In this document: positions 23,783 through 36,849 of the stretch, piece by piece
How positions within the stretch are numbered: position 1 is the stretch's first letter
Layout: each line of letters starts with the position of its first letter
From: Octopus sinensis
Taxonomy: Eukaryota
NCBI RefSeq assembly: GCF_006345805.1
Contig: NC_043009.1
Coordinates: 25,978,001-26,042,000, forward strand
DNA length: 64,000 nucleotides
Reading direction: 5' to 3'
The notes under the pieces: generated by a model
What the model was told of the DNA's origin: nothing
Databases searched by the model: none
Seen by the model: only the letters and a program-made list of their open reading frames with translations
Program-made: the position numbers and the translations under genes

Positions 23783-25360
23783 CAGTTGCGTCCAAAATGT
23801 TCAGAAAGGCATTGTTTTCGTCAGAAAAGTAGATATAAGTTTTTAGCAAAGGAGTTTTATATTCTATAATTTTTACAGACAATACATACAATATTAATTG
23901 TTATTGTCTGAGATTTTGGTGTAATTTGAGAGGATAATACAAAAGTCATGGATGATTTAGTGATTTACTGCAAAACCCATGGCGGCCAAAATTATCAGAA
24001 CGGTTGAAAAAATAACAAAATAATCAAAAATGACAGAGAATACTGGAATTATTTAATATTTAGTGTGAAGCCCTTTAGGTTCAATCACACTCTGACATCT
24101 TTGACTGCATGAGGAAATTAAATTTTCAATTTCTTGCTGGGTGATCTTATTCCATTCTTCCTGGAGGTCATTCCATAATTGCTCAGTTGTTTTAGGATTT
24201 CTGGCTTTCGAACGTTCTCCTAGAATATTCCATACATTTTCAATAGGATTTGAGATCTGGGCTTTGAGCAGGCCAAACCATAACAATAACCTTTTCAGCC
24301 TTAAGGAAGTTCATGACCACCTTAGCCTTGTGACATGGGGCATTGTCCTGCATGAATATGGGTGGTCGCTTAGTTGAATTTCTCAGCACAGGCAAGACAT
24401 GATCTTTTCCAAGTTGTTTATAAACTCCTGCATTTACCTTTCCATGTAATCGCACCAAAGGGCCCACACCATCTCCAGATATCATCCCCCAAACCATGAC
24501 ACTTCCTCCACCGAATTTAACACTAGTCTTAAGGCATTTAGGCGACAATTTTACACCTACTTTTCGACGAACGTACCTTTTCCCATCTGAGCCAAATAAC
24601 ATAAACTTAGATTCATCACTGAAATGCACCGTTTGCCATTTTTCTTGAGACCACAACACATGTTCGGTTGCAAATGTAAGACAACACTTTTAATTCTTGG
24701 AGCTGATCAGTGGCTTCACTGCAGGTGCTCTTGCTTGTAGGTAATGTTTAACTAAACGACGAGACAGTTTTTCGAGATAAAGTTTTCTTCAATACAATGC
24801 TCATTTCCCGAGAAACTGCAGCAGCGGTTTTAAATCTGTCCTTTTTAACCAATTTTACCATAGCACGATCTTCTCTCTTGGTCGTTTTTCTTGGCCTACC
24901 TGTAAACTTTCTTGCTTCACACGAACAACAATCATCGTAGACCTTAAGAATACCATGAACAACACTTTTTGACTTGTTAACAATCTTTGCAATTGACCCA
25001 ATACTTAAATTATCCTTCTTTCGAAGCTTAATAAGTGGCATTATATAAACAAAGTACACTGCAGATATTCTTACTAATGTTTAGTAAACGAACCGTCAAG
25101 TAAACAAATTCAAAACATTAGAGTTCGCCTGTTCAATATACTAAAACACGGAGTAAAAGCAACCGTTCTGATCATTTTGGCCGCCATTGGTTTTGCAGTA
25201 AATCACTACATCATGCATGACTTTTGTATTATCCTCTCAAATTACGCCAAAATCTCAGGCAATAACAAATAATATATAGAATATAAAACAACTTTGATAA
25301 AAAATTATATCTACTTTTCTGACGAAAACAATGCCTTTCTGAACATTTTGGCCGCCACTG
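23783..25360 (-). mobile_element. Full-length Tc1 transposon (IR/DR type, DD34E)
   Basis: TA|cagttgcgtccaaaatgttcagaaagg ... cctttctgaacattttggccgccactg|TA. TIRs are ~220 bp, each with an outer and an inner direct repeat. Confidence 0.95.
24053..25041 (-). pseudogene. Tc1 transposase, frameshifted
   Basis: GRPRKTTKREDR, HFSDESKF, GGGSVMVWG, FMQDNAPCH, WPAQSPDL/NPIENVW, GLHTKY*. The D-to-E spacing is 34 after correcting a +1 shift. Confidence 0.93.
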
Positions 25361-25409
25361 TATATATGTGTGTGTGTGTGTTTGTGTATGCGTGCGTGTG
25401 TGTGTGTGT

Positions 25410-27880
25410 GTGTAAAGTAACAATTTTAGAAAGAATCCATTAGTTCCATATCTTGCGTGAACTAGACATCTCTTCAGTTTCTCTAAACGATAACTGTTCT
25501 CTGCAAAGAATGTTTTCTTAAAAACACAAGAACACCGGTGATAGTTCAAGAAATATTCTTCTTACAAAATTGTGGCCGAGTGAGCTGTCTTCCTTCACTT
25601 GATAGCTAGGTTTTCCAATTTTGAAGTAAAAATTTCCGAAAATATGGACAACTCCCCCATGGCTTCAGTCCTGGAGTTCAGGTAGCCTCCTGGCTTATGT
25701 GAGTTCATAAGGATTATATATTTTTCTGCTATACACAATTTACATAGTCTTGTTCCCTTGCGATAGGGTCCACAAGTTTCTGATAATTTCCACCTGATGT
25801 TAAATGACGTATAATCGTCCTTCAGACGTCTTACGTATGCTGCGAGTATCGTTGTGTTCCTTTTTTTTTTTCGGGTCCCTGAAAGAAGATCCGTGGTTGT
25901 TCAAACGAATTTTAAATTTGCATTCACAAAATCCAACATAAAATTTAGTGTGTGTCCTTGTGTTGACATTGATGTTACTGATATTTGTGTTGCTCCTGTT
26001 TGAGACTAACTTTGCTTGATACACTGTATCCCCAGTGTTACATCGGCCGTCCACTGGGCATTTATTTCTAATCCTGCATGAACAACCTGTCTCTGTCCGT
26101 GGTTTAGGAGTGCTAAGTAATTTTTTCTTAACATTGGGTGCACAACTGAAAGAAATCCTTAAATTATGTGTGTTAGAGATCTTTCTATATTTATGTGATC
26201 ACGTAAAATGCTTATCAACCAACCTAAGAAAAATCTTAACCACGCATGTCCGGACGTTTAGGGAGAAGTTGGGAGAGAACCATAAGGTCTTGCAGTGGCG
26301 TTTCCTTTTATGGTTGCTCGATCCTGGTGTATATACTATATGGTCCTTGAACCCGCTGGCCGCTAGCGCTTCATTGTAAGCAGAAGCCGCTGCGTCGAAA
26401 ATATCTTTATTTGAAGATAAAATCGAAATCCGTTTACTGATACCTTTTATTAGGTTTTTGAACATTATGGGTGGATGGTAGGAGGCTGGGTTAATGTATG
26501 ATATCCTATCATTCGGTTTGCGGTATGGTCTGTAGGTGCCACTGTCTAAATCAAGCGTGACATCCAAGAAGTTCACCACGCTGAGGTTAGCCTCTATAGT
26601 CATTTTAAGGCCAAGGTTGTTGATGGTGTATATGATGTCTTTTCTAAGCCTATCAAAAGTATGGCCGTTAGCGCCTCTGGGGATGGCTAAGGCATCATCT
26701 TTATATAAGCCAAAGTGGACAGAGGGCTATTTGTTACCCAGTGTGTCTAGAATGTAAAATCCTATAAGGTGGCAAATATCAGCGCTGTCATGTGCCCCCA
26801 TCACGACTCGAAGGAGCCTTCAGGGTCAATTCGTTTGACCCAGGTTGAATCCTGGTTGAACAGTAGCCTTTTCCTAGCGTACATAATTATATCTATTTCT
26901 CTATCACTTCAATCGGTAATTCGTCTAGTATATATTAATGCCCTATCAAGTAACACTTTCGATATCGATGGATAAAAGGCTACTATATCGAATCGTATGA
27001 ACTTAGCTCTAAAATTGCTTCGTTTGGTCTCGAACCAATGTAACACCTCGATTGTGTTACGCCATAAAGAGAAATTAGTTTCCTTCCTTTTGCCTTTATT
27101 AACCCTTCTTAGGATGTGTTTACTCACCAGTCCTTTTTCGGACTTGGCAGGGTTAATCAGGCAGCATTTAGGGTTGCAAGCGAAGTTCGGTTTGTGATCC
27201 TTAATAGTTATAAAAGCATTACGTTTAGCTAGTATTTCTACCCTGTAGGCAATGTCTAGGTCGGTGGCTATTCGTGTTGCTTCATTATTGATATTATCAA
27301 AGGTATGTGGTGCGACCCATCTATATTTTTGTGTGATGTTGTTCTCTAAGAGCCTGTTTTAGTGGTCATTATCTTTCTTATAGAGGTTATTTGTCTTCAC
27401 TGAAAATAGTAGGGTTCTATCTGTATTCTTAAGGAGGTTTATATTGGATCTAAGTCTACGTTGAAAGGTGGATGAGGACCTACGGAGCTTAAGGTTTGGT
27501 ATAATGCCCAGCAGGTCTGCTTCGAAAGCTTCGAGTTATTTCATCTTGGGTGGGAATCTTCTAGACCCGATGTTAAAGTGGTCTTTGTCCGAGTGTTGTG
27601 CAGCTTGGTCGAAGAAAAGAGCTTTCCACTTCATGCGTCTTATAATATCAACAATTTTTCGAAGTAGCATTCTTTTGTATAGTTCATTTGATGGTGTAGG
27701 AATATTTTTAAAGGAATATCCAATGTTGTGTAAATCCATTTATGCAGAGAACAGTACGGATAATTCGTGATTATGCAGAGGCGCCCAGCCGGCGGTGGAG
27801 TTACGAGAAACGAACCTGGTAGCGGTCTGTTATCATACACTTTGTGACCGGAGAGCGAAGAATCTTCGTTATTAGATCAT
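25410..27880 (-). mobile_element. Near full-length Penelope-like element of a second lineage (Naiad-like by motif), decayed
   Basis: YSFKNIPTPS..Y...L.RKI..IIRRMKWKALFF, AFITIKDHKPNF, FDIVAFYPSIS, F.VVMGAHDSADICHLIG, GLYKDDALA, NFLDVTLDL, WFSPNFS.NV, GIY-YIG VYQA/FYVG...FKIRLNNH, CKLCIAEK...LNSRTE. At least four stops and one frameshift. Confidence 0.9.
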
Positions 27881-29585
27881 AAATGAGGAGAAGAGCATAC
27901 CCTATAAAATATAGAGCAGTTGTTTATTTTTTTATGCGTAAAGTAAGTTTTAGAAAAAAAAACCATTGGTTTCATATCTAGCGTGTATGTATGTATGAAT
28001 GTATGTATGTATGTATGTATGTATGTATGTATGTATGTATGTATGTATTTATAAGCAATTATGTGTGCGCATGAGTTCATGTGTACGTGTGAGACTTATC
28101 CTGTCCCCACTTTAACAACATCACGGGTCCTTGTCTGCATTTGGCCAGGTCCAGTTTGTTACAGACATTCAGGCCAAATCTTCAATGTGTAGCTAATCTT
28201 TCCAAACATAAGTTGGAAAGCCTGAAAATGTTATAAACACTTCTGTTCTTCATTAAGCTTTATAAAAACATGAAAATCGAGAGCCATATATTTATCCTTA
28301 AAATTCTCTCTTTGACGCTGAACGTCTTACAAATTTGCTTATTCTAACCAAAATACTAGAACTCTAATTCCTTGCGACTCACAAACCTTATCTATTAAAA
28401 AACACTGTATTGAATATATTTCTATCGACTTACATTACGCCTTTGTCCACGAAAACCAATGTTTAAATTGATTCTGTTTTTAAAATTTGCTTATCAAAGA
28501 CGTGCTGCACCAACATTTTTCGAATCCTATTTTCTATTCAATACACTATTATCTACTTGAAAACAATAACAGCACTTTATTGATTTCATTTCTTCCGAAG
28601 TATATCACACCTTTTCTTCTCAAACTACTTTGTTTGACTCGAAATGTGTTGCAAATTTGCTTATCAAAGACAAGCCATGTGCAAAAACCTCAGTATTATA
28701 TTTTCCGTTTATCCCACTAAAATTAACAAATTAAAAGAAAAAATTACAGAACGCAATTTTGCTGCCAACATACAATCACACCTTTTCTTCTCAAACTTCA
28801 ATCTTTATCACGAAATGTGTTTAAAAATTTTTTTATCCTAACTAGTTTCTACGCAAAAGGTTACAATTCAATCTTCTTCTAGCTACACTGGTGTTAACCC
28901 TTCCCTTTCAAACACAAACAACATAAACTATTGATCTCATTTCTTCTGACATAGATCAAGTCTTCTCTACTCTTCCAAATCTAGTTTATATTTCTAAAGT
29001 GGTTTTTATCGTTCATTTATAAATGCTACGTGTTCTTCAATACCAATTCTTGACTCAAGCACGAAACGTGAATAAACCTGAGTTATCAATCCATAAGTCT
29101 GTCATCATTTAGTAAAAGCCAACAACGTTTGAATGAGAAGTGAATTAATCGATTTTTGCTTTTCAGCTGTATAAATCCTTACATGCATTATATATGCGTA
29201 AATCTAATAAAAATAATTATATGTTGTTGTATAGTGAAGGAACTTGGGTTAATTGTTAGGATGTTTCACTGAAGATAGTAAAATTATAGCTTCGATTCCT
29301 GGACCAGGCAGTATGATGCGTTCTTTAGCAAAACACTTCATTTCCGGTTGTTCTGTGACTGCTACACATCTAACGCGTGGCACATTGTGAATCTATACAA
29401 GCAATGTCGATTTTATGAAGGAATTAAGCTAACGCACAGCACTAACATTTGATCACTCTAAACAAATTATCAGTACAGGCTGCTCATGAGTAATTTGAGT
29501 CACACCCATCTGTCATTTCCATAAGGAAAGTCCACAATGCGTGTGAGCGTGTGTGTGTTGCGGTGTATGTATGAAATTGTATATA

Positions 29586-29616
<31 letters not shown>

Positions 29617-29740
29617 AAGAGAGAGAGGGAGAGAGAGATAGAGAGATAGAGAGATATACATATATATATATATAATATATATATATATTATATTATATAT
29701 GTATATCTCTCTATCTCTCTATCTCTCTCTCCCTCTCTCT

Positions 29741-29779
<39 letters not shown>

Positions 29780-29813
29780 CATATATACATACATACACAC
29801 ATACATACATACA

Positions 29814-29847
<34 letters not shown>

Positions 29848-30491
29848 CATATATATGTGTGTACATATATAGTAAGGAAGGCAGCCATACGCAATATAAA
29901 ACCTAAAAGGACAGACTCAACTGTCACTAATAGTTACTGAGGGTGCAGGGTAGCACAGATGAACTTGTAATTTCAAGCGAAACTAGACTAATATAGTGAC
30001 CTCGCTTGTTATGGGGCGGTTATCTCCCCTGTCAGTATATGAAAATGTGATTTCTTGCGGCTCTAAAAGTTTTTTTAATTCTTATTTCCAGTAATGTAGG
30101 TGCTACCCTGTACCCCATGTCACAGTTAATGACAACTGAACAGTGTGTGTGTGCGTGTGTGTGTGTGTGTGTGTATGTAAGTACGTGTGTGTCGTAGTTC
30201 GAGAAAAACGGTTTCTGCAATTTCTTATTGGATAAGCTACACTGATGATTTGTTTACAGTAATCAAACGCTTGTGCCGCACATCAGCTCACTCCCTTCAT
30301 TATCAAATGGATATTACATTCACGGGTAATATCCATTGTGCCACAGGGGAGATGCCGAAGCTTTCGCTGGGTAACGTCAGATGAAGGTTTTGCTCAAAAA
30401 CACGACTCATCGCCCGCTTTGGGCATCAAACCCATGTTCTGCTATCGTCAGTGAAACGCTTCAACCACTTCAAAACGCGTCCTCACATGTA

Positions 30492-30756
30492 TACTCTTTT
30501 ATTTGTTTCTGTCATTTGATTGTGGCCAGCTGGAGCACCGCCTTTTAATCGAGCAAATCGACCCCAGTACTTATCTTTGTAAGGCTAGTACTTATTCTAT
30601 CGGTCTCTTTTGCCGAACCGCTAAGTTACGGGGACGTAAACGCACCAGCATCGGTTGTCAAGCGATGCTGGGAGACAAACACAGACACACAAACATATAC
30701 ACACATATGCACACGCATACATACATATATATATATATGTGTGTGTGTATGTGTGT

Positions 30757-30794
<38 letters not shown>

Positions 30795-30930
30795 CCGTCT
30801 ATCAAATCCACTCACAAGGCTTTGGTCGGCCCGAGGCTATAGTAGAAGACACTTGCCCAAGTACCACGCAGTGGGACTGAATCCGGAACCATGTGGTTGG
30901 TAAACAAGATACTTACCACACAGCCACTCC
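30492..30930 (-). mobile_element. SINE family A (in duplication unit 1)
   Basis: Full head, microsatellite and tail on the minus strand. Confidence 0.85.
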
Positions 30931-30945
30931 TTTATATAATATATA

Positions 30946-30986
<41 letters not shown>

Positions 30987-31637
30987 CATATATACATATA
31001 TATGTGTGTACATATATAGTAAGGAAGGCAGCCATACGCAATATAAAACCTAAAAGGACAAACTCAACTGTCACTAATAGTTACTGAGAGTGCAGGGTAG
31101 CACAGATGAACTTGTAATTTCAAGCGAAACTAGACTAATATAGTGACCTCGCTTGTTATGGGGCGGTTATCTCCCCTGTCAGTATATGAAAATGTGATTT
31201 CTTGCGGCTCTAAAAGTTTTTTTAATTCTTATTTCCAGTAATGTAGGTGCTACCCTGTACCCCATGTCACAGTTAATGACAACTGAACAGTGTGTGTGTG
31301 CGTGTGTGTGTGTGTGTGTGTATGTAAGTACGTGTGTGTCGTAGTTCGAGAAAAACGGTTTCTGCAATTTCTTATTGGATAAGCTACATGATGATTTGTT
31401 TACAGTAATCAAACGCTTGTGCCGCACATCAGCTCACTCCCTTCATTATCAAATGGATATTACATTCACGGGTAATATCCATTGTGCCACAGGGGAGATG
31501 CCGAAGCTTTCGCCGGGTAACGTCAGATGAAGGTTTTGCTCAAAAACACGACTCATCGCCCGCTTTGGGCATCAAACCCATGTTCTGCTATCGTCAGTGA
31601 AACGCTTTAACCACTTCAAAACGCGTCCTCACATGTA

Positions 31638-31903
31638 TACTCTTTTATTTGTTTCTGTCATTTGATTGTGGCCAGCTGGAGCACCGCCTTTTAATCGAGC
31701 AAATCGACCCCAGTACTTATTCTTTGTAAGGCTAGTACTTATTCTATCGGTCTCTTTTGCCGAACCGCTAAGTTACGGGGACGTAAACGCACCAGCATCG
31801 GTTGTCAAGCGATGCTGGGAGACAAACACAGACACACAAACATATACACACATATGCACACGCATACATACATATATATATATATGTGTGTGTGTATGTG
31901 TGT

Positions 31904-31936
<33 letters not shown>

Positions 31937-32076
31937 TTTCCGTCTATCAAATCCACTCACAAGGCTTTGGTCGGCCCGAGGCTATAGTAGAAGACACTTG
32001 CCCAAGGTACCACGCAGTGGGACTGAATCCGGAACCATGTGGTTGGTAAACAAGATACTTACCACACAGCCACTCC
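31638..32076 (-). mobile_element. SINE family A (in duplication unit 2)
   Basis: Copy of 30492-30930. Confidence 0.85.
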
Positions 32077-32669
32077 TTTATATAATATATATATATATAT
32101 ATATACACGCACACATAACATACACACACATACATACATGCACACATACATACACACATACATACATACATACATACATACATACATACATACATACATA
32201 CATACATGCATGCATACATACATACATACATACATATATACATACATACAACACATACATACAAAATGGTGGTCTGTAAGAGAGCATTAGCGTCCTATGT
32301 TAACACTATCTTTCATATTGTTGAAATCCTTTATATTTCGTGCTGTAACCTCATTGAACAGTATTTGCAACTGAAGTGAATTTGCATAGATCAATACATT
32401 GGGGTTCAAATCTATCACGGCTGTTCAGTTTATTGATTAACGTTTTCTGCTGTCAAAGTTACAAATTCAAGTGTCTTTCTTAGGTGGAAGATAAAAATTC
32501 GGCGCCGTTCATGTTTTTGGGGTTATTTTTTTCCTTTTTGTCTATTTCTTCTTGTGTGTGCGCTTTTCAAGAAGCAATAGGAGATGTGGAAGAACTGAAT
32601 AAGAGAAAAGATGGGATTGAGTGGAACAGAATATTTCTGTGGAATAAAAGGCTGACCAAAAAGGCGTAG

Positions 32670-32930
32670 AGGAAGGGATAAGAGGAGAGGGAAGTGCAGA
32701 AGAAGAAGAAAAAGAAGAAGAAGAAGAAGAAGAAGAAAAGAAGAAGAAAGAAGAAGAAGAAGAAGAAGAAGAAAAGAAGAAGAAGAAGAAGAAGAAGAAG
32801 AAGAAAAAGAAGAAAAAAAGAAGTAAGAAGAAGAAAAAGAAGAAAAGGGACAGCGGGGGAAGGGACGGGAAAGAAAATAAACTAATGGATTAATGGGAAG
32901 AATATACTTGTAGTAGTATTAGTGGTAGTA

Positions 32931-32995
<65 letters not shown>

Positions 32996-33082
32996 GGTGG
33001 TGGTGGTGGTGGTGGTAGTGGTGGTAGTAGTAGTTACGGCAGCAGCAACAGCAGCAATAGGAGAAAGTTAACAAGAAGAGAC

Positions 33083-33114
<32 letters not shown>

Positions 33115-33720
33115 CGGAGGAGAAGGAAGGAAGAGAGAAGAAGAGGAGGAAGAAGGACGGAAGAGGGGGAGGAAGGAGAGGAGGAAGAAGAAGGAGGAAG
33201 AAGAGGAAATAGAAGAAGAGATGGAAGAGAAACAAGGAGGGGAGAAAGAGGAGCAGGAGGAGAAGAAGCAGAGAAACGGAAGCTGGAGGAGGGGACAAGG
33301 GAAAGAAAGGGGAGCAGGAGGACGATGGGGGGGAACACGGGTAGGAGGGGATCATGGGAGGAGGAGGAGGAGGAGAGAAACGGAAGCTGGAGGAGGGGAC
33401 AAGGGAAAGAAAGGGGAGCAGGAGGACGATGGGGGGGAACACGGGTAGGAGGGGATCATGGGAGGAGGAGGAGGAGGAGGAGAGAAACGGAAGCTGGTGC
33501 AGAGGACAAGGGAGAGAAAAGTGAGCAGGAAGACGAGGAGGGGGAAGAGGGAGCGGGAGGGGAACAGGGCAGGAGGGAAACAGAGGAGGAGGAGGTAGAA
33601 GAAGAAGAAGAAGAAGAAGAAGAAGAAGAAGAAGAAAAGGAAGAGAAAATGGAGGAGGGGAGGACGATGAGAAGGAGAGGAGGAGGAGGCGGGAAGGACG
33701 GAGTGGAGGACAGAGAGGAT
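32670..33720. repeat. Purine-rich low-complexity tract with ~105-bp tandem unit (x2.5)
   Basis: (GAA)n, (TAG)n, (TGG)n and (GAT)n, then the unit agaaacggaagctgg... at ~33272, ~33375 and ~33482. Confidence 0.85.
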
Positions 33721-34383
33721 GGAAGCGGTGGAGAGAAAGTCGGTTGGTTGTATTAAATGTTGTATGTCCCGAAGTAAATGGTCTGTTTTTATTTTTTGTT
33801 TTTTTTTCAGCCTTTTTTTTAATCAAGAGTCTCGGCAGAACTTTAGGAAAAGCCATGACACGGTATGTAAACGTGTGCGTATGTATATCTATGTGTGTGT
33901 GCGTGTAACTACGTGTATTTGCGTGTGTGTGTAAAATTATGTGTATCTGTGTATGTGTATGTGCGTGCGTGTATATCTGTGTATATCAATATGTATCTGT
34001 GTATTTGTGTGTGTATGCGTGTAACTACGTGTATCTGTGTGTGTGTATAATTATGTGCATCTGTGTGTATATCTATGTGTGTATATCATGCGTGTATATC
34101 TATGTGTATCTCTGAGTACGTGTGTGCGTGTGTATTTGTGTATGTGTGTGTGTGTGTGTGTGTGTATGTGTGTAATATGTGAAGGTGTTTTTTTGATTTT
34201 TTGCTTAATTTTGGTTTACTTCCCCCGTTTCCCTAATTCGCATGCTTCTATTATATTTTATTTTATTTATATTTTTAATTATTCTATTTTTATTCACCCC
34301 AAATTAATATCATCCAATTAACATCGTGCTCGTTAATAGAAACATATTTGCTAAACACACATGCATGTTTCTGCTTTTCGTTT

Positions 34384-34426
<43 letters not shown>

Positions 34427-34522
34427 TACTACTACTACTACTACTACTACTACAAACATTATTATTATTATTTAATTATTACTATATCTATGATTATTAT
34501 TTTGTATCATTATTATTATTAT

Positions 34523-34555
<33 letters not shown>

Positions 34556-34579
34556 AGTAGTTTTAGTGGTGGTGGTAGT

Positions 34580-34611
<32 letters not shown>

Positions 34612-34669
34612 CGGTAGCAGCAGCGGCAGCAGCGGCAGCAGCGGCAGCAGCGGCAGCAGCAGTAGCGGC

Positions 34670-34700
<31 letters not shown>

Positions 34701-35769
34701 AAAATCTGCTCTCTTTTTTCTGCTTTTTAGTTTTTCCTTTTGTTTGTTTTTTCTTGTTTTTTTCACCAAATAATCACCTTTTATATGTTGTTGGTCTTTT
34801 TTGTATGTACGTTGTTGTTGTTGTTTTTTCTTGTACGTGAAGGTAGTGCATGAGAATATAAAATGAAATGACATGACCGAACGAAACAGAAAATCAACAA
34901 TTTATTTATTTATTTTCATTATTAACATGCTACATGTATACACCCACATGCATGTATTGATATACGTATATATATGTGTGTATGTACATGTATATGTTCA
35001 TATGCTTATATCTCTGTACATCTATATATATATCTACATATATATATATATAAGCACAGATATATGTATATATGAATATGTATGGGTTGGGTTATGTGTG
35101 TATGTGTATGTATGTGTGTATGTTGCATATCTGTGTCTGTGTTTGTATTTATGTGAGTTTTGTTTCCTTCATGTTATTGCAACCCTTACCAAAACAATGC
35201 CAACAATAACTACCAATGTCAAGCTGCTGCAGCTGCTGCTACTACCACTACTACTACTATTACTACTACATTATTCTACCTCTACTGTTACACTACCACT
35301 GCTACTAGTGCTTCTTTAATCAACGTGTACATGCAGCTGTACATGGATTACATGTTTCAGTGTAAAATTACTGAACGGAGGTAAAGCAAGCCTTACATGT
35401 TGCTAATTTTTATACGTAGCTTATTTTAAAGATTCTTCCTAAATAATCACTGCATACGAATTTCAGGTGCCAAAAATAATAAATTATCAAAGAAGAATAT
35501 TGCAGAATCGAAAAAAAAAGCAAAAGAACGCTTCGAGAACACGAGATATAATAAAGTTTATTATTTTTGCTTTGCTATTTTGTTATCGTTTTAATGTTTT
35601 TTCTTTTGTTATTTCTTTGCGGTTGATTGTACTTCAGGAGATTTCCCAATGAGGACATGAATAATGTAGGCCAAAGCAAGACAGTGTGGAATAAACAATG
35701 CGTCTGATGCTTCCCTTTGACTTTATAGTTCAAGAGCCGATAAAGGTGGGTCTTTAAAATGCAAAATGT

Positions 35770-36790
35770 TTAACAGAACAGATGGAGTAAGCAGGAGAGT
35801 GCGGAACAGGCGGTGCAGGTGGAGATGGAGGAGAGAACAACGGAGGAGGGATTCACGGTGGTGGAAGGAAGAGGAGGGAGAGGCAGAAGAGTAAGTCCGC
35901 CGCCGGGTAGCCAGAGGGGGAGGAGAGAGGAGGGGGAGATAGAGGATGCGACCGGAAGGAAGGCGGATGGAGTGGTGGTGGAGAAAGAAAGTGGGGGAGT
36001 AGTTTGAGGGGTGTACGAGGGTGAGTTGCAGAAGGAAGAAGTGTTGAAGACGCCGGTTAGTTCAGCGAAGGAGAAGGATTCGGGAGTGCAACTGTATGAG
36101 GATGAAATGGAGAAATTGTTCAGAGTGAACATAGAAAGGGAAAGGTACCAGAAATGGAGGTGGAAGGGAGAGGACCAGGAGGAGGAAGGAATAGATGGAG
36201 CTTCGTAGCAGATGCAAGGAACAGGGAGGAGGAAGGAAGAATTGTAAAATTTAGGCATATCATGGGAGTGAAGTTGCCCACGGAAGTGTATTCAGAAGAT
36301 ATAAGGACCATTGTGGTCGACAGAGACACATACAATAGACATACAATAGACAAGTAGACATGTGCGGAAACAGGATTGACCCGCCCGGAGTGTTGGTGGA
36401 GTTCGATGAACTGCCGCCCATAGTTGAGCTCAGAGACGTGGAGCCTTACATGAGGTATTAAAATGGGGGAAAAAAGAGTAAATAAAGTTGTTTCGCTGAA
36501 AGAAAAAAAGTGGAAAAAGTAAACGTGTTTCAATGGAAAAAAAGAGGAAAAAAATGATAAAGAAAAAACAATACAAAAATAGAACGATTGTAAATAGTGT
36601 GTATAAACGTTCAAATGGTACTGCATGGAAATGGGGTCCATGCAGCCATTTCATATTTTCATTTTTATATAACATTTCATTCTCATCCGTTTTATGTTTT
36701 ATATCCCCGTTGTGGTGTTGTGCCTGTCCTTGTAGTGTCCCCCTCTGTATTGTGGCCGTGGTGCCAAATAAAGAAAATCCTGTCATTTAT
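35770..36790 (+). mobile_element. ORF1-only retroelement, copy 1 (5'-truncated)
   Basis: Aligns with 37635-38590 (RVSPPPG; VKF.HI..VKLPT..YSE.I..IVVD.DTYNR) and has the same 3' tail gtggccgtggtgccaaataaagaaa. Confidence 0.75.
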
Positions 36791-36849
36791 TTATAGTGGA
36801 GTTGTTGATAACAGAGTGTTTTTATCGTGAGAGAGTTAAATATTGGTTT

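Larger units (their letters stand above)
29850..32100. repeat. ~1147-bp near-identical tandem duplication
   Basis: agtaaggaaggcagcc occurs at 29871 and 31018. The units differ by only a few substitutions, and the breakpoints lie in (TA)n/(TACA)n. Confidence 0.92.

Noticed and set aside
26905-26915. Selenocysteine TGA in the PLE RT
   Set aside because: The position is expected to be hydrophobic and the ORF also has TAA/TAG stops and a frameshift.
33085-33756. 223-aa Glu/Arg/Gly-rich protein
   Set aside because: It starts in (GAT)n and is explained by a purine-rich repeat.
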